IMG/VR virus record: IMGVR_UViG_3300029309_000010
Coordinates: 1 to 64,000 of that record
Strand: one strand, 5' to 3'
Source of the DNA: a virus
Length of the DNA: 64,000 nucleotides
In this document: positions 1-10,212 of the stretch, one piece after another
Layout: every line of letters starts with the position of its first letter
How positions within the stretch are numbered: the first letter of the stretch is position 1
Program-made: the position numbers and the translations under genes
Notes under the pieces: generated by a model
What the model saw: the letters and a program-made list of their open reading frames with translations, nothing else
Databases searched by the model: none
What the model was told of the DNA's origin: nothing

Positions 1-29
1 TAAGCTTTTGGGTGTCTTCTTCACTCATA

Positions 30-242
30 CTAATCACCCTCTTTGCTAGTATAAATCCTGATGTCAGGCTGATTGGAACCCTTCTCTTTAAAAGAGTTTG
101 GGAAACACACAATCTTAATTTCTTCTCCACTGGAATCTTTAATAGACCCGCTGTAGAAGGATTGTTTTTTGCCGTCAACTCTCCAAAGCGCTCCTAATTC
201 GCGCTTTTTCCATTCGTCATTTAGTTTGGTATTATCACTCAT
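30..242 (-). CDS. DUF736-like small protein
   Basis: ELGALW..G....FYSG.I...PN..K....PD.RIY pattern resembles DUF736-type phage proteins; co-oriented with the operon. Confidence 0.5.
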   Translation of the reverse strand: MSDNTKLNDEWKKRELGALWRVDGKKQSFYSGSIKDSSGEEIKIVCFPNSFKEKGSNQPDIRIYTSKEGD

Positions 243-399
243 TGTTGAATCTTAATTTAACACTTTCCCAAAACTTATCGGGATCAGTAGAAGAGTATCG
301 CTTTTTCAGCTTATTGTAAAGCTTTTTGTGGATTGGATTTGGATTTTTTTTATCATATCCAATTAACTGTCTGAGTCTTTTGGCGGCAGATCCACTCAT
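235..399 (-). CDS. Hypothetical basic protein (54 aa, not in ORF track)
   Basis: Hand translation MSGSAAKRLRQLIGYDKKNPNPIHKKLYNKLKKRYSSTDPDKFWESVKLRFNNE; ATGA overlap with the Clp stop; fills the gap exactly. Confidence 0.7.
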   Translation of the reverse strand: MSGSAAKRLRQLIGYDKKNPNPIHKKLYNKLKKRYSSTDPDKFWESVKLRFNNE

Positions 400-2738
400 G
401 ATTTATGATCGTCATGAATACGATGTTTTTCAATTAAAAGTTGGATTTTTTTATTGCCGTCTAATATAGAACTAGAAACATAAGGCGTTATTTCTGAAAG
501 TATTTTTTTGTTCAGAGCCTCTATCTTAACTTTTTCATTAGATAAGCTATCTATGATTGATTTTATGTATTTAAAATCAAAATTAAGTTCTATGTCACTG
601 TCTTTGAGTCTGTTCTTAAGTCTCTTAAGTTTCATCCAAAGTATTCTCCTAAGACCTCTTTCATCTATTTCCTTCAACGGAAAGCACTCATCAACGTGCT
701 TCAATATATCTGGATGAATCATGAGATTATCTTTGTCTGATTTGGCTTCTTGAAAGCCCATAGATGATTGGCTATTAGACAGATCACTTGTTAGAAAGAT
801 AATGCAATTAGTGAAATCAGCCATATCACCATTGTTCATCTGAAACCTACCATCCTTAAATATTTGATTAAATAAGGGTATAGAAGAGTTATCTACTTTG
901 TGAAAATCATCTATGATAATGACACTATTTGGAGTAATTAAAACTTTCTCGCAAAGAGATGTATTATTACCCTGAGAGGTTGCTATCTTGTGAGGGGCAT
1001 ACAAATCAGCAAAATGCACACCACTGTATGAAAGAACATTTACTCCATGTTTTTGTAACGTATCTTTGAATATATCGAGGAAGTAAGACTTGCCACTGAA
1101 CTTAGATCCGCTAACAACATAACAGTCAGGAGAAGAGAAATTGTCTGTTTTTCTAATACCAAGAGAAGATAAAGTTATTTTCTCTTTTAGGTTTTTGAGG
1201 AGTTCTTTTTGTCCGACTATTGACTTCTCAATGCACTTAAAGCACTTGTCTATGAGGACCGTATTACTCAATGGGTTTCTTTTTTTAGAGAAGAAGTCCT
1301 TTAAATGTGAAAGCTTTACTTCTGGTTTTTCTTCTGGGACACCCTCTGTCCATTTCTCTAGGCTATCATTAAGTCTTTCTAAAAGCTCTGTGTGATCTTT
1401 TTCTGGATCTAGGGCAGCTTGCATTGTCTCCACCTGTATCTCTTTTATAGATGGTGTAACATGCCAAAAATTAACTTTAGCCTGTGCTCCGCAGTGATCT
1501 ATTATGTCAATCGCTTTGTCAGGATAAAATTTGTTAGGTATATACTTTTCACAGTAGTCTATAATATTATCCAAGAAAGAATCAGTATATTTGACTGTGT
1601 GAAATTTTTCGTAATATGAAGCAATAGTGGGAAGAATTTCCTCCATCTCAAATCTAGAGGGTTCTCTGATGATAATTCTCTCAAATCTACGATCTAAAGC
1701 AGTATCTCTCTTGATAGTATTTGTATATTCGTTGATTGTAGTAGCGCCAATGCAACTAATTGTTCCTCTGGCAAGTTCTGGTTTAAGTATGTTAGAAGCT
1801 TCTAGAGAATTGCTAGTAGCTCCTCCAGCACCTATCAACGTGTGGACCTCATCAATAAATAAAATTAGATTAGTATATTTCTTTGCTTCATTTACAAAGT
1901 CCTCTAAGCGTTTTTCAAACTGACCTCTGTATTCTGTGCCAGCTACCATGCTAGATAAGCTAACAGAATATATAACTTTATTAGCTATAAGCTCTGGAGC
2001 ATCACCCATAACTATTTTATTAGCTAACCCCTCTACGAGAGACGTTTTTCCAGTCCCCGCTGGACCAACTAAAAGTGCATTTGGCTTTTTCTTTCTACAA
2101 AGAGTTGTAGACAGCTCATCCATCTTGCCATCAAAATCAACTATCTTGTCAAACTCTCCCTCTAAAGCTTTTAAGTTTAAATTTTCAGCAAATTGAGAAA
2201 GAATCTCGTTCTTATCAAACATGTCGATCCAGTCATCAGGCTTGTCAAGTGATAATCTATTTATATCATCTGATAATTCAAAATCCTTAGCTGTTAGAGA
2301 GCACTCGGTTATAAAGCCCAAAATAATGCAATCCGCTTCTTCGTTACCTTGTGGATAAAGTTTTTTAACAACCTTTGGCGCATGTTTTTCATCAAAAAAC
2401 ATCATCAGTGCTACCTCTGGAGGTATATAATCTAATTCAAAATTTTCTTTAGATATCTGCTCCGCTTCTTTTAATAACTTGCGTATATCTGTTTTAAGAG
2501 ATTTTGTAGAATTTTTATTTTTGCGCTTCTTGTTAAGAACTTCTCTAGATTCTTTTAATAAATCTCTAGGGTCAACATTTACTTTTTTAAATATGGTCGC
2601 ACAAGATTGACTCAAATCATTTAAGAAGCAGTGAAAAAATAAATCTATGTCTGCTCCATTTCTGTGCAAAATAGCCGAAAGCTCTCTGGTTTTTTCAAGA
2701 ACTCCTTCAATATGTGGAGTTAGGGGTAAACTAGGCAT
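396..2738 (-). CDS. ClpA/ClpC-like Hsp100 AAA+ ATPase
   Basis: Clp N-domain-like start; NBD1 Walker A GPAGTGKT, pore loop AGTEYRGQFE, Walker B LFIDE, GATT, DTALDRRF; degenerate NBD2 (GSKFSGKS, IIIDD). Confidence 0.92.
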   Translation of the reverse strand: MPSLPLTPHIEGVLEKTRELSAILHRNGADIDLFFHCFLNDLSQSCATIFKKVNVDPRDLLKESREVLNKKRKNKNSTKSLKTDIRKLLKEAEQISKENFELDYIPPEVALMMFFDEKHAPKVVKKLYPQGNEEADCIILGFITECSLTAKDFELSDDINRLSLDKPDDWIDMFDKNEILSQFAENLNLKALEGEFDKIVDFDGKMDELSTTLCRKKKPNALLVGPAGTGKTSLVEGLANKIVMGDAPELIANKVIYSVSLSSMVAGTEYRGQFEKRLEDFVNEAKKYTNLILFIDEVHTLIGAGGATSNSLEASNILKPELARGTISCIGATTINEYTNTIKRDTALDRRFERIIIREPSRFEMEEILPTIASYYEKFHTVKYTDSFLDNIIDYCEKYIPNKFYPDKAIDIIDHCGAQAKVNFWHVTPSIKEIQVETMQAALDPEKDHTELLERLNDSLEKWTEGVPEEKPEVKLSHLKDFFSKKRNPLSNTVLIDKCFKCIEKSIVGQKELLKNLKEKITLSSLGIRKTDNFSSPDCYVVSGSKFSGKSYFLDIFKDTLQKHGVNVLSYSGVHFADLYAPHKIATSQGNNTSLCEKVLITPNSVIIIDDFHKVDNSSIPLFNQIFKDGRFQMNNGDMADFTNCIIFLTSDLSNSQSSMGFQEAKSDKDNLMIHPDILKHVDECFPLKEIDERGLRRILWMKLKRLKNRLKDSDIELNFDFKYIKSIIDSLSNEKVKIEALNKKILSEITPYVSSSILDGNKKIQLLIEKHRIHDDHKS

Positions 2739-5292
2739 CTTTCACCTCCCTCAATTTCATATATACATCTGTTTCTACTGGATTCACATTATCTACAAAA
2801 AATGTATTATTACTCTTAGATCCTGATATAACAATTACTTTACTTTTAGCGAGCTTATATTTGCTATCTAGAAAGTTTGTTAATCTAGCTTCTCTTTGAT
2901 TATCCATGAATAAGAATGTCTTTGTTGCTGTATTATCAGAGACTGATAGCATCATATATTTATTACCATTTTGAGATGTTCTTGTAAAGAAATCTTTTAC
3001 CTCACCAACAACTTGAAAGTTTTGCCGATCCACTAAATCTTCAACTTCTTTTAAATCAATCAGCGATGAAAACCTATCTTGGAAACATTCTCTAAGATTA
3101 TGAGAGTAACTATAACCAAGAAGAGAACTTTCATATCTCCATTTAGCAAACATTTCATGTTTCTTATTTTGATTATAAATCTTTTTATATTTATCAAACT
3201 TGGCTCTAAATGTTTTAAATCTTTTGTGAGACATTATAGGCTTATTGTCATCTCCAAGAGTTTGTTTTTCCAAAACCTCTGATATAGCATTTAGTATATC
3301 ATAGCCAAACCTTTCTCCTATTTTAGAGAAGTTTCTTTTTTCTCTGTCTGTTAGTAAGTTGAATGATTGAGCTTCTAGAACCATTCTGGTTCTATTAGTC
3401 TTGGTGTGATCCATAGTCCCAGCTTGAATTAGTGCTGATAAAACAGATATGTTTATACCACATTGCTTGGCAGCTACGAATACTTCGTATTTATTATTGA
3501 ATTCCATACCTCGGAAATCAATCAGGCTTTTTATTGATTTTAAAGATATGCCCTTGATACTGTTTAAGCCATATCTGATATTACCTTCCTCAATTGTAAA
3601 ATCAAAATCAGATTTAAAAAGGCATGGAGGCAACATACGCATGCCAAAATCAGATAGCTCTTCATTTACTCCAGATACTGTCTGCAAGGGTTCTGGGTCA
3701 AACTCGGCGCACTCTAAAATGGATAGGAAAAACTCCTGTGGATACTTGTGTTTTAAGTAAACGGTCTTAGCAGCAAGATCAGCATAAGCAAAGCTATGAG
3801 ATTTATTAAATGAGTAGTGAGACGCAGCAACCAGTGAGTTCCAATAGAAGTCACTGATTTCCTCATCAAGATTATTTTCTCTCCCCGCCTCATAAATCCT
3901 ATCTTTCCACTTGGGCATTTCATCAACCTTCTTTTTCCCTACGATCCTTCTCAATATCTCTGCTTCTTCAAGGGTAAGACCAAAAACTTTATGAGCAATC
4001 TGCATCAGCTGCTCTTGATATAGAATGACGTTTTTAGACCAAGAAAGTATGGTATCGAGTTCTTCGTTTAAATTAAGTTGAGATGGAAACTCTTTTTGTG
4101 TTTTATAAACACTAACAAATTCTAAAGCTGCTGGTCTAGCTAGAGCAACAACATCTGAAAGTTCATTTATATCAGCTGGCTTTATATCTTTACAAACTTT
4201 AAAGTTTGTTTCAGCAGAAATCTGAAAAAGACCTATTGGATGTTTGAAGTCCTGCAATATCTCATAGATCATCTTGTCATTTGGATCTATGTCTTCAATA
4301 TCTATGCCGACTTTCTCGCAAGTCTTGTGAGCTATCGTTAAAGTTCTTAGACCTAATATATCAAACTTAACCATTAGGTCTGCCACATCAGACATATCAT
4401 ATCCTGTAACTAAGTCTCCATCTTTTGTTTTTTGTAGTGGAACTACATTTCCTATATCCTCTGAGCAGATAGCAATTCCAGAGGGATGGACTCCTGTGTT
4501 TTTAGGAAGGTTTTCTATCTTCAGTGCATTTTTGTAAGTCTTTTCATGTTTTTTTACCCATGATCTAAATTTATCTGACTCTTCTTTTGCTTGTGACAAA
4601 GGGAATACTTTACCATGCAGTTTTGGTATCATATCTGACACCTGATTAGCCTCGTCTTCTTTAGCCTCATCAAAATATTTAGTAGCCTCTCGTATGCAGA
4701 GTTTAGAGCTAAAAGTATTGAATGTAAGAATCTTGGCTGTTCTACCTTCATGTTTTCTTTCAATATATTCTATGACCTTATGTCTTTGATCATAAGATAT
4801 ATCCGAGTCAACATCAGGAAGTAAGCTGCCGACTAAGAATTCCTTACCTCGTTTATCGGTCACAGTCTTTGCCCTAGATTTAGATACAAATCTTTCAAAG
4901 AATAGATCGTGAGGTATGGGATCAATATTTGTTACTCCAAGGAGATATAATACAAGAGAGCCAGCAGCAGAACCCCTGCCAGCACCAGTTGGAATGTTAT
5001 TGTCATGACAAAAATTTAGAACGTCCCAGTTAAGTAAAATGTAGTCCGTGAATCCAAGCTCCTCAAAAGTCTCAAGCTCTTGTTTTGCTCTTTGATAGTA
5101 ATCGTTTTTATTTTCATATTTAGTTATGCCTTTATCTCTCAAGCCTTTTCTGGCTAGTTCATATAATATATCTTTAGTTGAGCTATCTGGACCAAGCCCG
5201 ATCTCTTTTAGCTTTTTAAGATCAACAATTGTTTTAGGTAGCTCTACACCCGCAGGTTCACAATCGTCATATATTGTAAAGTCTTCAAACAT
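2731..5292 (-). CDS. dnaE: DNA polymerase III alpha (DnaE) catalytic part, lacking the PHP domain
   Basis: GRGSAAGSL, LFFERF, PDVDSD, HPSG, KFDILGL, YSFNKSH, C-terminal OB fold; start moved to ATG 5292 (TAATG overlap with the exonuclease stop). Confidence 0.95.
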   Translation of the reverse strand: MFEDFTIYDDCEPAGVELPKTIVDLKKLKEIGLGPDSSTKDILYELARKGLRDKGITKYENKNDYYQRAKQELETFEELGFTDYILLNWDVLNFCHDNNIPTGAGRGSAAGSLVLYLLGVTNIDPIPHDLFFERFVSKSRAKTVTDKRGKEFLVGSLLPDVDSDISYDQRHKVIEYIERKHEGRTAKILTFNTFSSKLCIREATKYFDEAKEDEANQVSDMIPKLHGKVFPLSQAKEESDKFRSWVKKHEKTYKNALKIENLPKNTGVHPSGIAICSEDIGNVVPLQKTKDGDLVTGYDMSDVADLMVKFDILGLRTLTIAHKTCEKVGIDIEDIDPNDKMIYEILQDFKHPIGLFQISAETNFKVCKDIKPADINELSDVVALARPAALEFVSVYKTQKEFPSQLNLNEELDTILSWSKNVILYQEQLMQIAHKVFGLTLEEAEILRRIVGKKKVDEMPKWKDRIYEAGRENNLDEEISDFYWNSLVAASHYSFNKSHSFAYADLAAKTVYLKHKYPQEFFLSILECAEFDPEPLQTVSGVNEELSDFGMRMLPPCLFKSDFDFTIEEGNIRYGLNSIKGISLKSIKSLIDFRGMEFNNKYEVFVAAKQCGINISVLSALIQAGTMDHTKTNRTRMVLEAQSFNLLTDREKRNFSKIGERFGYDILNAISEVLEKQTLGDDNKPIMSHKRFKTFRAKFDKYKKIYNQNKKHEMFAKWRYESSLLGYSYSHNLRECFQDRFSSLIDLKEVEDLVDRQNFQVVGEVKDFFTRTSQNGNKYMMLSVSDNTATKTFLFMDNQREARLTNFLDSKYKLAKSKVIVISGSKSNNTFFVDNVNPVETDVYMKLREVKDA

Positions 5293-5906
5293 TACAGGTC
5301 CATGTGTTTCTTTAGTTTTAAGAAGATTTGGTAACACATTTTTATATCATAAAGAGCATCATGAAGTTTATCTTCATCAAAATCTATATCGAAAAATTTC
5401 AATAGTTGATTTTGAGAAACTTTAGCCTTAAGTGTCCTATCATTTATGATTTTGTATTGCCAGCTAAGGAGATTGCCCTTCGGTCTATCAAGCTCCTCCC
5501 TGTATGCCTTAGCTAAAGCCCTTGTGTCGTATATTCTAGGCAAGTAAGAATAGTCTGGGGTTTGACCAAGCATCCGTTGCAGAGCTGCAATCATATATAC
5601 ATCAAAACCCAACAAGTTTTGACCAACTACAATGTATTGAGGGTCAAATATATACTTCTCAAACTTAGACCAAACTTGTGATAAAGATTTACTCTTTTTG
5701 CTATATGTCTCCCAATTAAATCCTGTTACTCTTTTTGCCCCCTCTGAAACATTTAGATGCTTGTGAGCTATAAACTCATCGTGAGTTTCTAAGATTTTTG
5801 ACCCCTGACAAATTATCCAAGACAACTGCCAAGTCTTTGACGAGTGTAGATTTAAGCCCTCTGTCTCTGTATCAAAGACAAGATATTTTTGATTACTTGG
5901 CAACAT
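5292..5906 (-). CDS. DEDDh 3'-5' exonuclease (DnaQ-like)
   Basis: ExoI VFDTET, ExoII GQNLLGFD, ExoIII HDALYD. Confidence 0.9.
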   Translation of the reverse strand: MLPSNQKYLVFDTETEGLNLHSSKTWQLSWIICQGSKILETHDEFIAHKHLNVSEGAKRVTGFNWETYSKKSKSLSQVWSKFEKYIFDPQYIVVGQNLLGFDVYMIAALQRMLGQTPDYSYLPRIYDTRALAKAYREELDRPKGNLLSWQYKIINDRTLKAKVSQNQLLKFFDIDFDEDKLHDALYDIKMCYQIFLKLKKHMDL

Positions 5907-6591
5907 TTTCTAAAAAAGATTCGTAACTAAATTCATTAGAGCAAAAGTCATTGAGTCTTGGATTGCTGTAACTTGGGACTCTTCCTTGTTTTCTGGAGCA
6001 CACAGCCTTATACATTTGAAATGCCTCAAAGTCATCTTTATCTCTGTAATATATGCTTTTTGCCCTCTCTGTTTTTACTTTCATTTTTTTAAGCACAGCA
6101 CTGATTTGAAAATCAAAAGGATGGTTGTTAGATTCCTCTATGTAAAAGTGATCATACTTTTTTAAAGACAGGTCACACATGCCAAAATGAAAAATGTTAT
6201 TGTAAACATAAGAGTCATAAAACGGAACTCCAATGCTAATTTCTTCTAGCTCATCATCTTGTATTTTAGAAAGATTTAAACAGTCGCCCTCACTAGCATA
6301 ACATTTAGTATATAGTTTTCTAGCATTATTTACTCCTTTGTTGTTTTTGGGGAAAAATATCAATTTACTAGCTTGTTCAGATAAATTTGATTGAACAACA
6401 GGAAGCTTAACACCGTAGACTAGGGGAACCCCAATATTAAGAAAGGCTTTGTTGACAACTCTAAATCCATAGAAGTTATCCTCTACTAAGATCATTCTCT
6501 TTACATCTCCAGACTGAGCTATATCAACTAGATCCTCAACCCTCAACAGAGACCTGCCTATGCTAAAAGTGCTCTTAAATAATGGTATCAC
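5893..6591 (-). CDS. Stand-alone degenerate PHP domain of DnaE
   Basis: FKSTFSIGRS..LRVEDL, LVEDNFYG, YGVKL, FFPKNNKG align with the DnaE N-terminal PHP pattern, with His ligands lost. Confidence 0.75.
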   Translation of the reverse strand: MIPLFKSTFSIGRSLLRVEDLVDIAQSGDVKRMILVEDNFYGFRVVNKAFLNIGVPLVYGVKLPVVQSNLSEQASKLIFFPKNNKGVNNARKLYTKCYASEGDCLNLSKIQDDELEEISIGVPFYDSYVYNNIFHFGMCDLSLKKYDHFYIEESNNHPFDFQISAVLKKMKVKTERAKSIYYRDKDDFEAFQMYKAVCSRKQGRVPSYSNPRLNDFCSNEFSYESFLENVAK

Positions 6592-6597
6592 CCCCTG

Positions 6598-6626
6598 AAA
6601 TTACAGAAGTTCTATACGCTTGTCAA
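6598..6626 (-). promoter_or_regulatory. Sigma70-type promoter, leaderless geometry
   Basis: TTGACA-17-TAATTT-6 nt-GTG(6591). Confidence 0.6.
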
Positions 6627-7641
6627 ATGAAAATGCAGGACATCCCTCATATTTTGCCTTCTCTATTGTTAAGCCATTTTTTACCCTATCAGCAAGAGTT
6701 TCTCGTTCATCGGCAGAGGCTACCCAGTCTCCTTTTTCATTGACTAAAACATAGTAGTCTCTGGGGAACTTAAATGGACAATGCCACATTGGAGTGCCAT
6801 CTTTTTTTAACTGTCCAGCATAGTCTGCTCTCCCACACACAACCCTACCCGCAAACCCAGCATCTCTGTCCATGTAACCCTTATCATACGCTAGATTTTT
6901 AGAAGCTATTTTTACATTATAATTATTAATAATTTGCTGAACCTCTGTAAGAAAATATTCAAACCCTTCTAGTTCATCATTATCTAACGGTTCCATGCTG
7001 CAACAACCGTCATTGTTACAATCAAACTTAAGAAACAAAAACTCCATCTTTCGTTTCATGAACTCTGGATAAAGATGCTTGACTGCAAGGCAATACATCA
7101 GATTTTGCATATTGTCTGTGTATTCTTTGCCTGAAAAAATCTGCTTAGATGTCTTAAAATCCCTAATTATTGCGACCTTTTTTCTCTTAAATAGGAATAA
7201 TTTATCAATAAAACCCAATATTCTGTAGTTTTTACCATCTTCTGTCACAGATATGTCGAAATCTTTCTCGCTTATTGACTCAGTAGGTTTGCCATCTTTG
7301 TCGCCAAAAAAGTCATAATTTAAACCTTCTACTGTCATCTGATTTATGAGGTCCATGTTCTCAAAATCATCTATTTGATGCTTTTTGGCATAAGCCTCCA
7401 CCATTCTCTTGATAGGTGGAGAGGCGTAAGTGTTTTGGGTTTTTACAATCCTAGTATAATGCTTCTTGTGTCTAGGATTACCAAGATTTTCAAATATAGC
7501 ATGACATATAGTGCCTCTTAAGCTACCCTCATTTGATTTATCAGGTAGCTTAAGATGATATTTGCACCAATATTGCCAAGAGCAGGTCTGTAGGGTTTTT
7601 ATCCGTGATGCAGAAAGAGGTTTATTATCAGAATTCTGCAT
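6601..7641 (-). CDS. PD-(D/E)xK RecB/AddB/Cas4-like exonuclease
   Basis: LSASRI..C, GTICH, GFIDKL, DFKTSK, QNLMY motifs; several C-terminal Cys. Confidence 0.85.
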   Translation of the reverse strand: MQNSDNKPLSASRIKTLQTCSWQYWCKYHLKLPDKSNEGSLRGTICHAIFENLGNPRHKKHYTRIVKTQNTYASPPIKRMVEAYAKKHQIDDFENMDLINQMTVEGLNYDFFGDKDGKPTESISEKDFDISVTEDGKNYRILGFIDKLFLFKRKKVAIIRDFKTSKQIFSGKEYTDNMQNLMYCLAVKHLYPEFMKRKMEFLFLKFDCNNDGCCSMEPLDNDELEGFEYFLTEVQQIINNYNVKIASKNLAYDKGYMDRDAGFAGRVVCGRADYAGQLKKDGTPMWHCPFKFPRDYYVLVNEKGDWVASADERETLADRVKNGLTIEKAKYEGCPAFSFDKRIELL

Positions 7642-8674
7642 AATGGAATTTGTTTTTCTTCACAAGTTTTGCAAAAGATGAGGAAAAACTCTTATTGACA
7701 CCCCTATCATTCATTTTTTTGGCTATACTAATAATATTATCCATAGAATCACTATGCTTCATATTATAACACTCAGAGCTGTATTTTTCTATTTGCTCTG
7801 CGCTCATCTCTCCAAAGTCATTTTTTTCTGGTGGACTAAAATAAATTTTATCAAAGTCAATTGAATCAACCAACTTAAAAACAGATTTAATAGCTCCTTC
7901 AAAACCTCTATTTACAGAGGATGAATGATCATTATTGAATGATATAAATATCTTGCTCACTGGGAGCATAGATAGCCTTGATATGAATTTAGGAGATATA
8001 TTCAAGCCAAATGAAACTAAAACATTTTTTACCCCACTGTTGTATAGAGATAAGCAGTCACCAACAGACTCGACTATATGAACGGATTGCTTCTCTAGTA
8101 TAGATTCTTGAACACGCTTTATGTTGTAGTATGGGTAAAACCAGTTAGATGATTTGCCCATATGCAACCATTTTGGTCTATCATCATCTGTAACCTTTCT
8201 TCCTGAAAAACCGTGAATTCTACCGTCTTTCCTGAATATAGGAAAGATGACACGCTGATACATCTTCCCTGACATGGCTAAACCGCATTTAAAATCCTGT
8301 AATGTCTCTTTAGACATGCCTTTACCAATGTAAAAATCATGATGAGGCAGTAACTTTTGTAAGACATTAGGTGGGTATGTTTTTTCCTCTTTCAATAAGT
8401 GCTTTTGCTTTATTCTTGCACCTATATTTACACCATTATCCTTTAAATAGTGCTTTACCGCATTAGGATCTTTTGTATTTAGAGTCTTTTGAAGAAGCGC
8501 TTCAAAAGGCATGAAAGATGAGTCTTCTACATAGTCTTTCCAGACCCCTGTATCTTTATATATTTGCAATGCTGTAGAGTTATCACCAGATCTATATACT
8601 GCGTTTGTTCTCCAGTATGATCCATGATCTTTAAGGCGATAACCAAGATTTTCTAAAACCTCTTTATAGTTCAT
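7628..8674 (-). CDS. DnaG-like DNA primase (TOPRIM)
   Basis: RVIFPI...GFSGR, PKW, IVESVGD, FNND, KNDFG; adjacent to helicase. Confidence 0.85.
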   Translation of the reverse strand: MNYKEVLENLGYRLKDHGSYWRTNAVYRSGDNSTALQIYKDTGVWKDYVEDSSFMPFEALLQKTLNTKDPNAVKHYLKDNGVNIGARIKQKHLLKEEKTYPPNVLQKLLPHHDFYIGKGMSKETLQDFKCGLAMSGKMYQRVIFPIFRKDGRIHGFSGRKVTDDDRPKWLHMGKSSNWFYPYYNIKRVQESILEKQSVHIVESVGDCLSLYNSGVKNVLVSFGLNISPKFISRLSMLPVSKIFISFNNDHSSSVNRGFEGAIKSVFKLVDSIDFDKIYFSPPEKNDFGEMSAEQIEKYSSECYNMKHSDSMDNIISIAKKMNDRGVNKSFSSSFAKLVKKNKFHYAEF

Positions 8675-10212
8675 TAAGCTCTGAGATTTATAGGTATTTC
8701 ATCTGAGTCGTTTGTATGAACTTCAATACCCCCTCCATTAAATGCGTTGACTATATCTTGAAGATCTCCACACTCAGTGATTCTAAAGTTTTCAACATTT
8801 AAATTAATAAAATTCTGTCTCTTGGAACCATCTGGCATTTCTACTGGGTGAATAGCTCGTAATGCATCTCGACCTAGATGTCTAGCCTTTAAGTTTATCA
8901 GCTTATGTGTTCCAAAGTTAGCGCCCTCTTCATGTATCTCATCAGCAACCTTTCTTCTAAGCAGGAAAAGGTGGGAGCAAAACTGTGTGATCCCGTCAGA
9001 AAGTGACACAACACTTTCATCGTCCACAATTGAACCAGCAGCTCTGTTGTTTGTAATTCCAAGTCTGTTAGATTGCACAGAGGTCAACATTGATACACAA
9101 GGCTTGCCGTCAAACGACAAGTCTCTTTGTATGGTTTGCTTGAATTTATGAACCAAATAAGAAACTTGCTGCCACCCATCCACTTTCCCGATACTACCAA
9201 AGTCACTCTTAATATAATCAAAACTAAAAATAAGTTCGTTGCCCCTACCTATTTTTGAAAAGTAAAATCTTTTAAGCAGGGAACACATTTCATCAGGAGA
9301 AAGACCAGCCACATTCTCATAATAAAATTTCATGTTTTTGATTTTATTCCATGCAGACCTAACCTTGGCTACAACCTGCTCTGAGGTCCAGTCTTTGTAA
9401 GAAGTTGTTCTCCACTTGCCAGTTTGCAAAAGCCAAACAGGTATTCCAGTCATAGCAGAGCACTGCCTAAAGATAAGTTCCTCTTCACTCATCTCTCCAT
9501 TGTCAAAATGAAGAACTGGGACTCCATGTTCAGCAGAAACTTTAGTCGTAAAATCCATGCAGAAGTTCGTCTTACCGACTCCTGATCTAGCAACGATAAC
9601 AGAGATGTTCCCAGCAAGCAATAAAGACCCATACATCTCGTTGATGCGCTTGTGAGGACCAAGCATGCCAAAGTCCTCAACTGGATTGTTACCACGCTCT
9701 TCAACAACCTCTTCCATCATATCAAAAAGATTGACTGGTCCAGCCTCAGTCATTTCAAAATCTTTTATGTTCTTATTATATATCTGGTCAGACTGCTCAA
9801 TAATATCGCCATATTTAAGATTTGGGTCGGCGCTCTTTACAAAAGAGGCAACCTTTTTGCAGCTTGTGTATATTTCTCTACGAGCACTATACTTTTTAAG
9901 TTCTTTGACTGAGCTTATGAATATGTCCTCCGTTATTTTGTAAAATGCTAACGAAAACACATACTCAGCGATATCGACACTATCGGGGAAGCTAGCTTTT
10001 AGCTGCTGTATCCTTTGAACTAGAATAGTTTCGTCGATTGTCTCTGCATTATCTAGTGCGTTTTTGAGAAGCTTGAATATAGAGACGTTTACCTTTGAGT
10101 CCTCAGAGTAGAAGTCACTGTCATTTAGATAGATAGAGATTTCCTCCCACTTATGCTGATGTTGTAATATGCCACTAAGAACCTTTTTTTCTAAATCAAA
10201 CGAGTAAATCAT
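8674..10212 (-). CDS. dnaB: DnaB-like replicative helicase
   Basis: Walker A ARSGVGKT, GEMS, FDYI, Q.NR, KARH; N-terminal DnaB-like domain. Confidence 0.92.
   Translation of the reverse strand: MIYSFDLEKKVLSGILQHQHKWEEISIYLNDSDFYSEDSKVNVSIFKLLKNALDNAETIDETILVQRIQQLKASFPDSVDIAEYVFSLAFYKITEDIFISSVKELKKYSARREIYTSCKKVASFVKSADPNLKYGDIIEQSDQIYNKNIKDFEMTEAGPVNLFDMMEEVVEERGNNPVEDFGMLGPHKRINEMYGSLLLAGNISVIVARSGVGKTNFCMDFTTKVSAEHGVPVLHFDNGEMSEEELIFRQCSAMTGIPVWLLQTGKWRTTSYKDWTSEQVVAKVRSAWNKIKNMKFYYENVAGLSPDEMCSLLKRFYFSKIGRGNELIFSFDYIKSDFGSIGKVDGWQQVSYLVHKFKQTIQRDLSFDGKPCVSMLTSVQSNRLGITNNRAAGSIVDDESVVSLSDGITQFCSHLFLLRRKVADEIHEEGANFGTHKLINLKARHLGRDALRAIHPVEMPDGSKRQNFINLNVENFRITECGDLQDIVNAFNGGGIEVHTNDSDEIPINLRA

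Noticed and set aside
6601-7641. Cas4 as part of a CRISPR system
   Set aside because: It sits in the replication operon; such nucleases are common phage recombination exonucleases.
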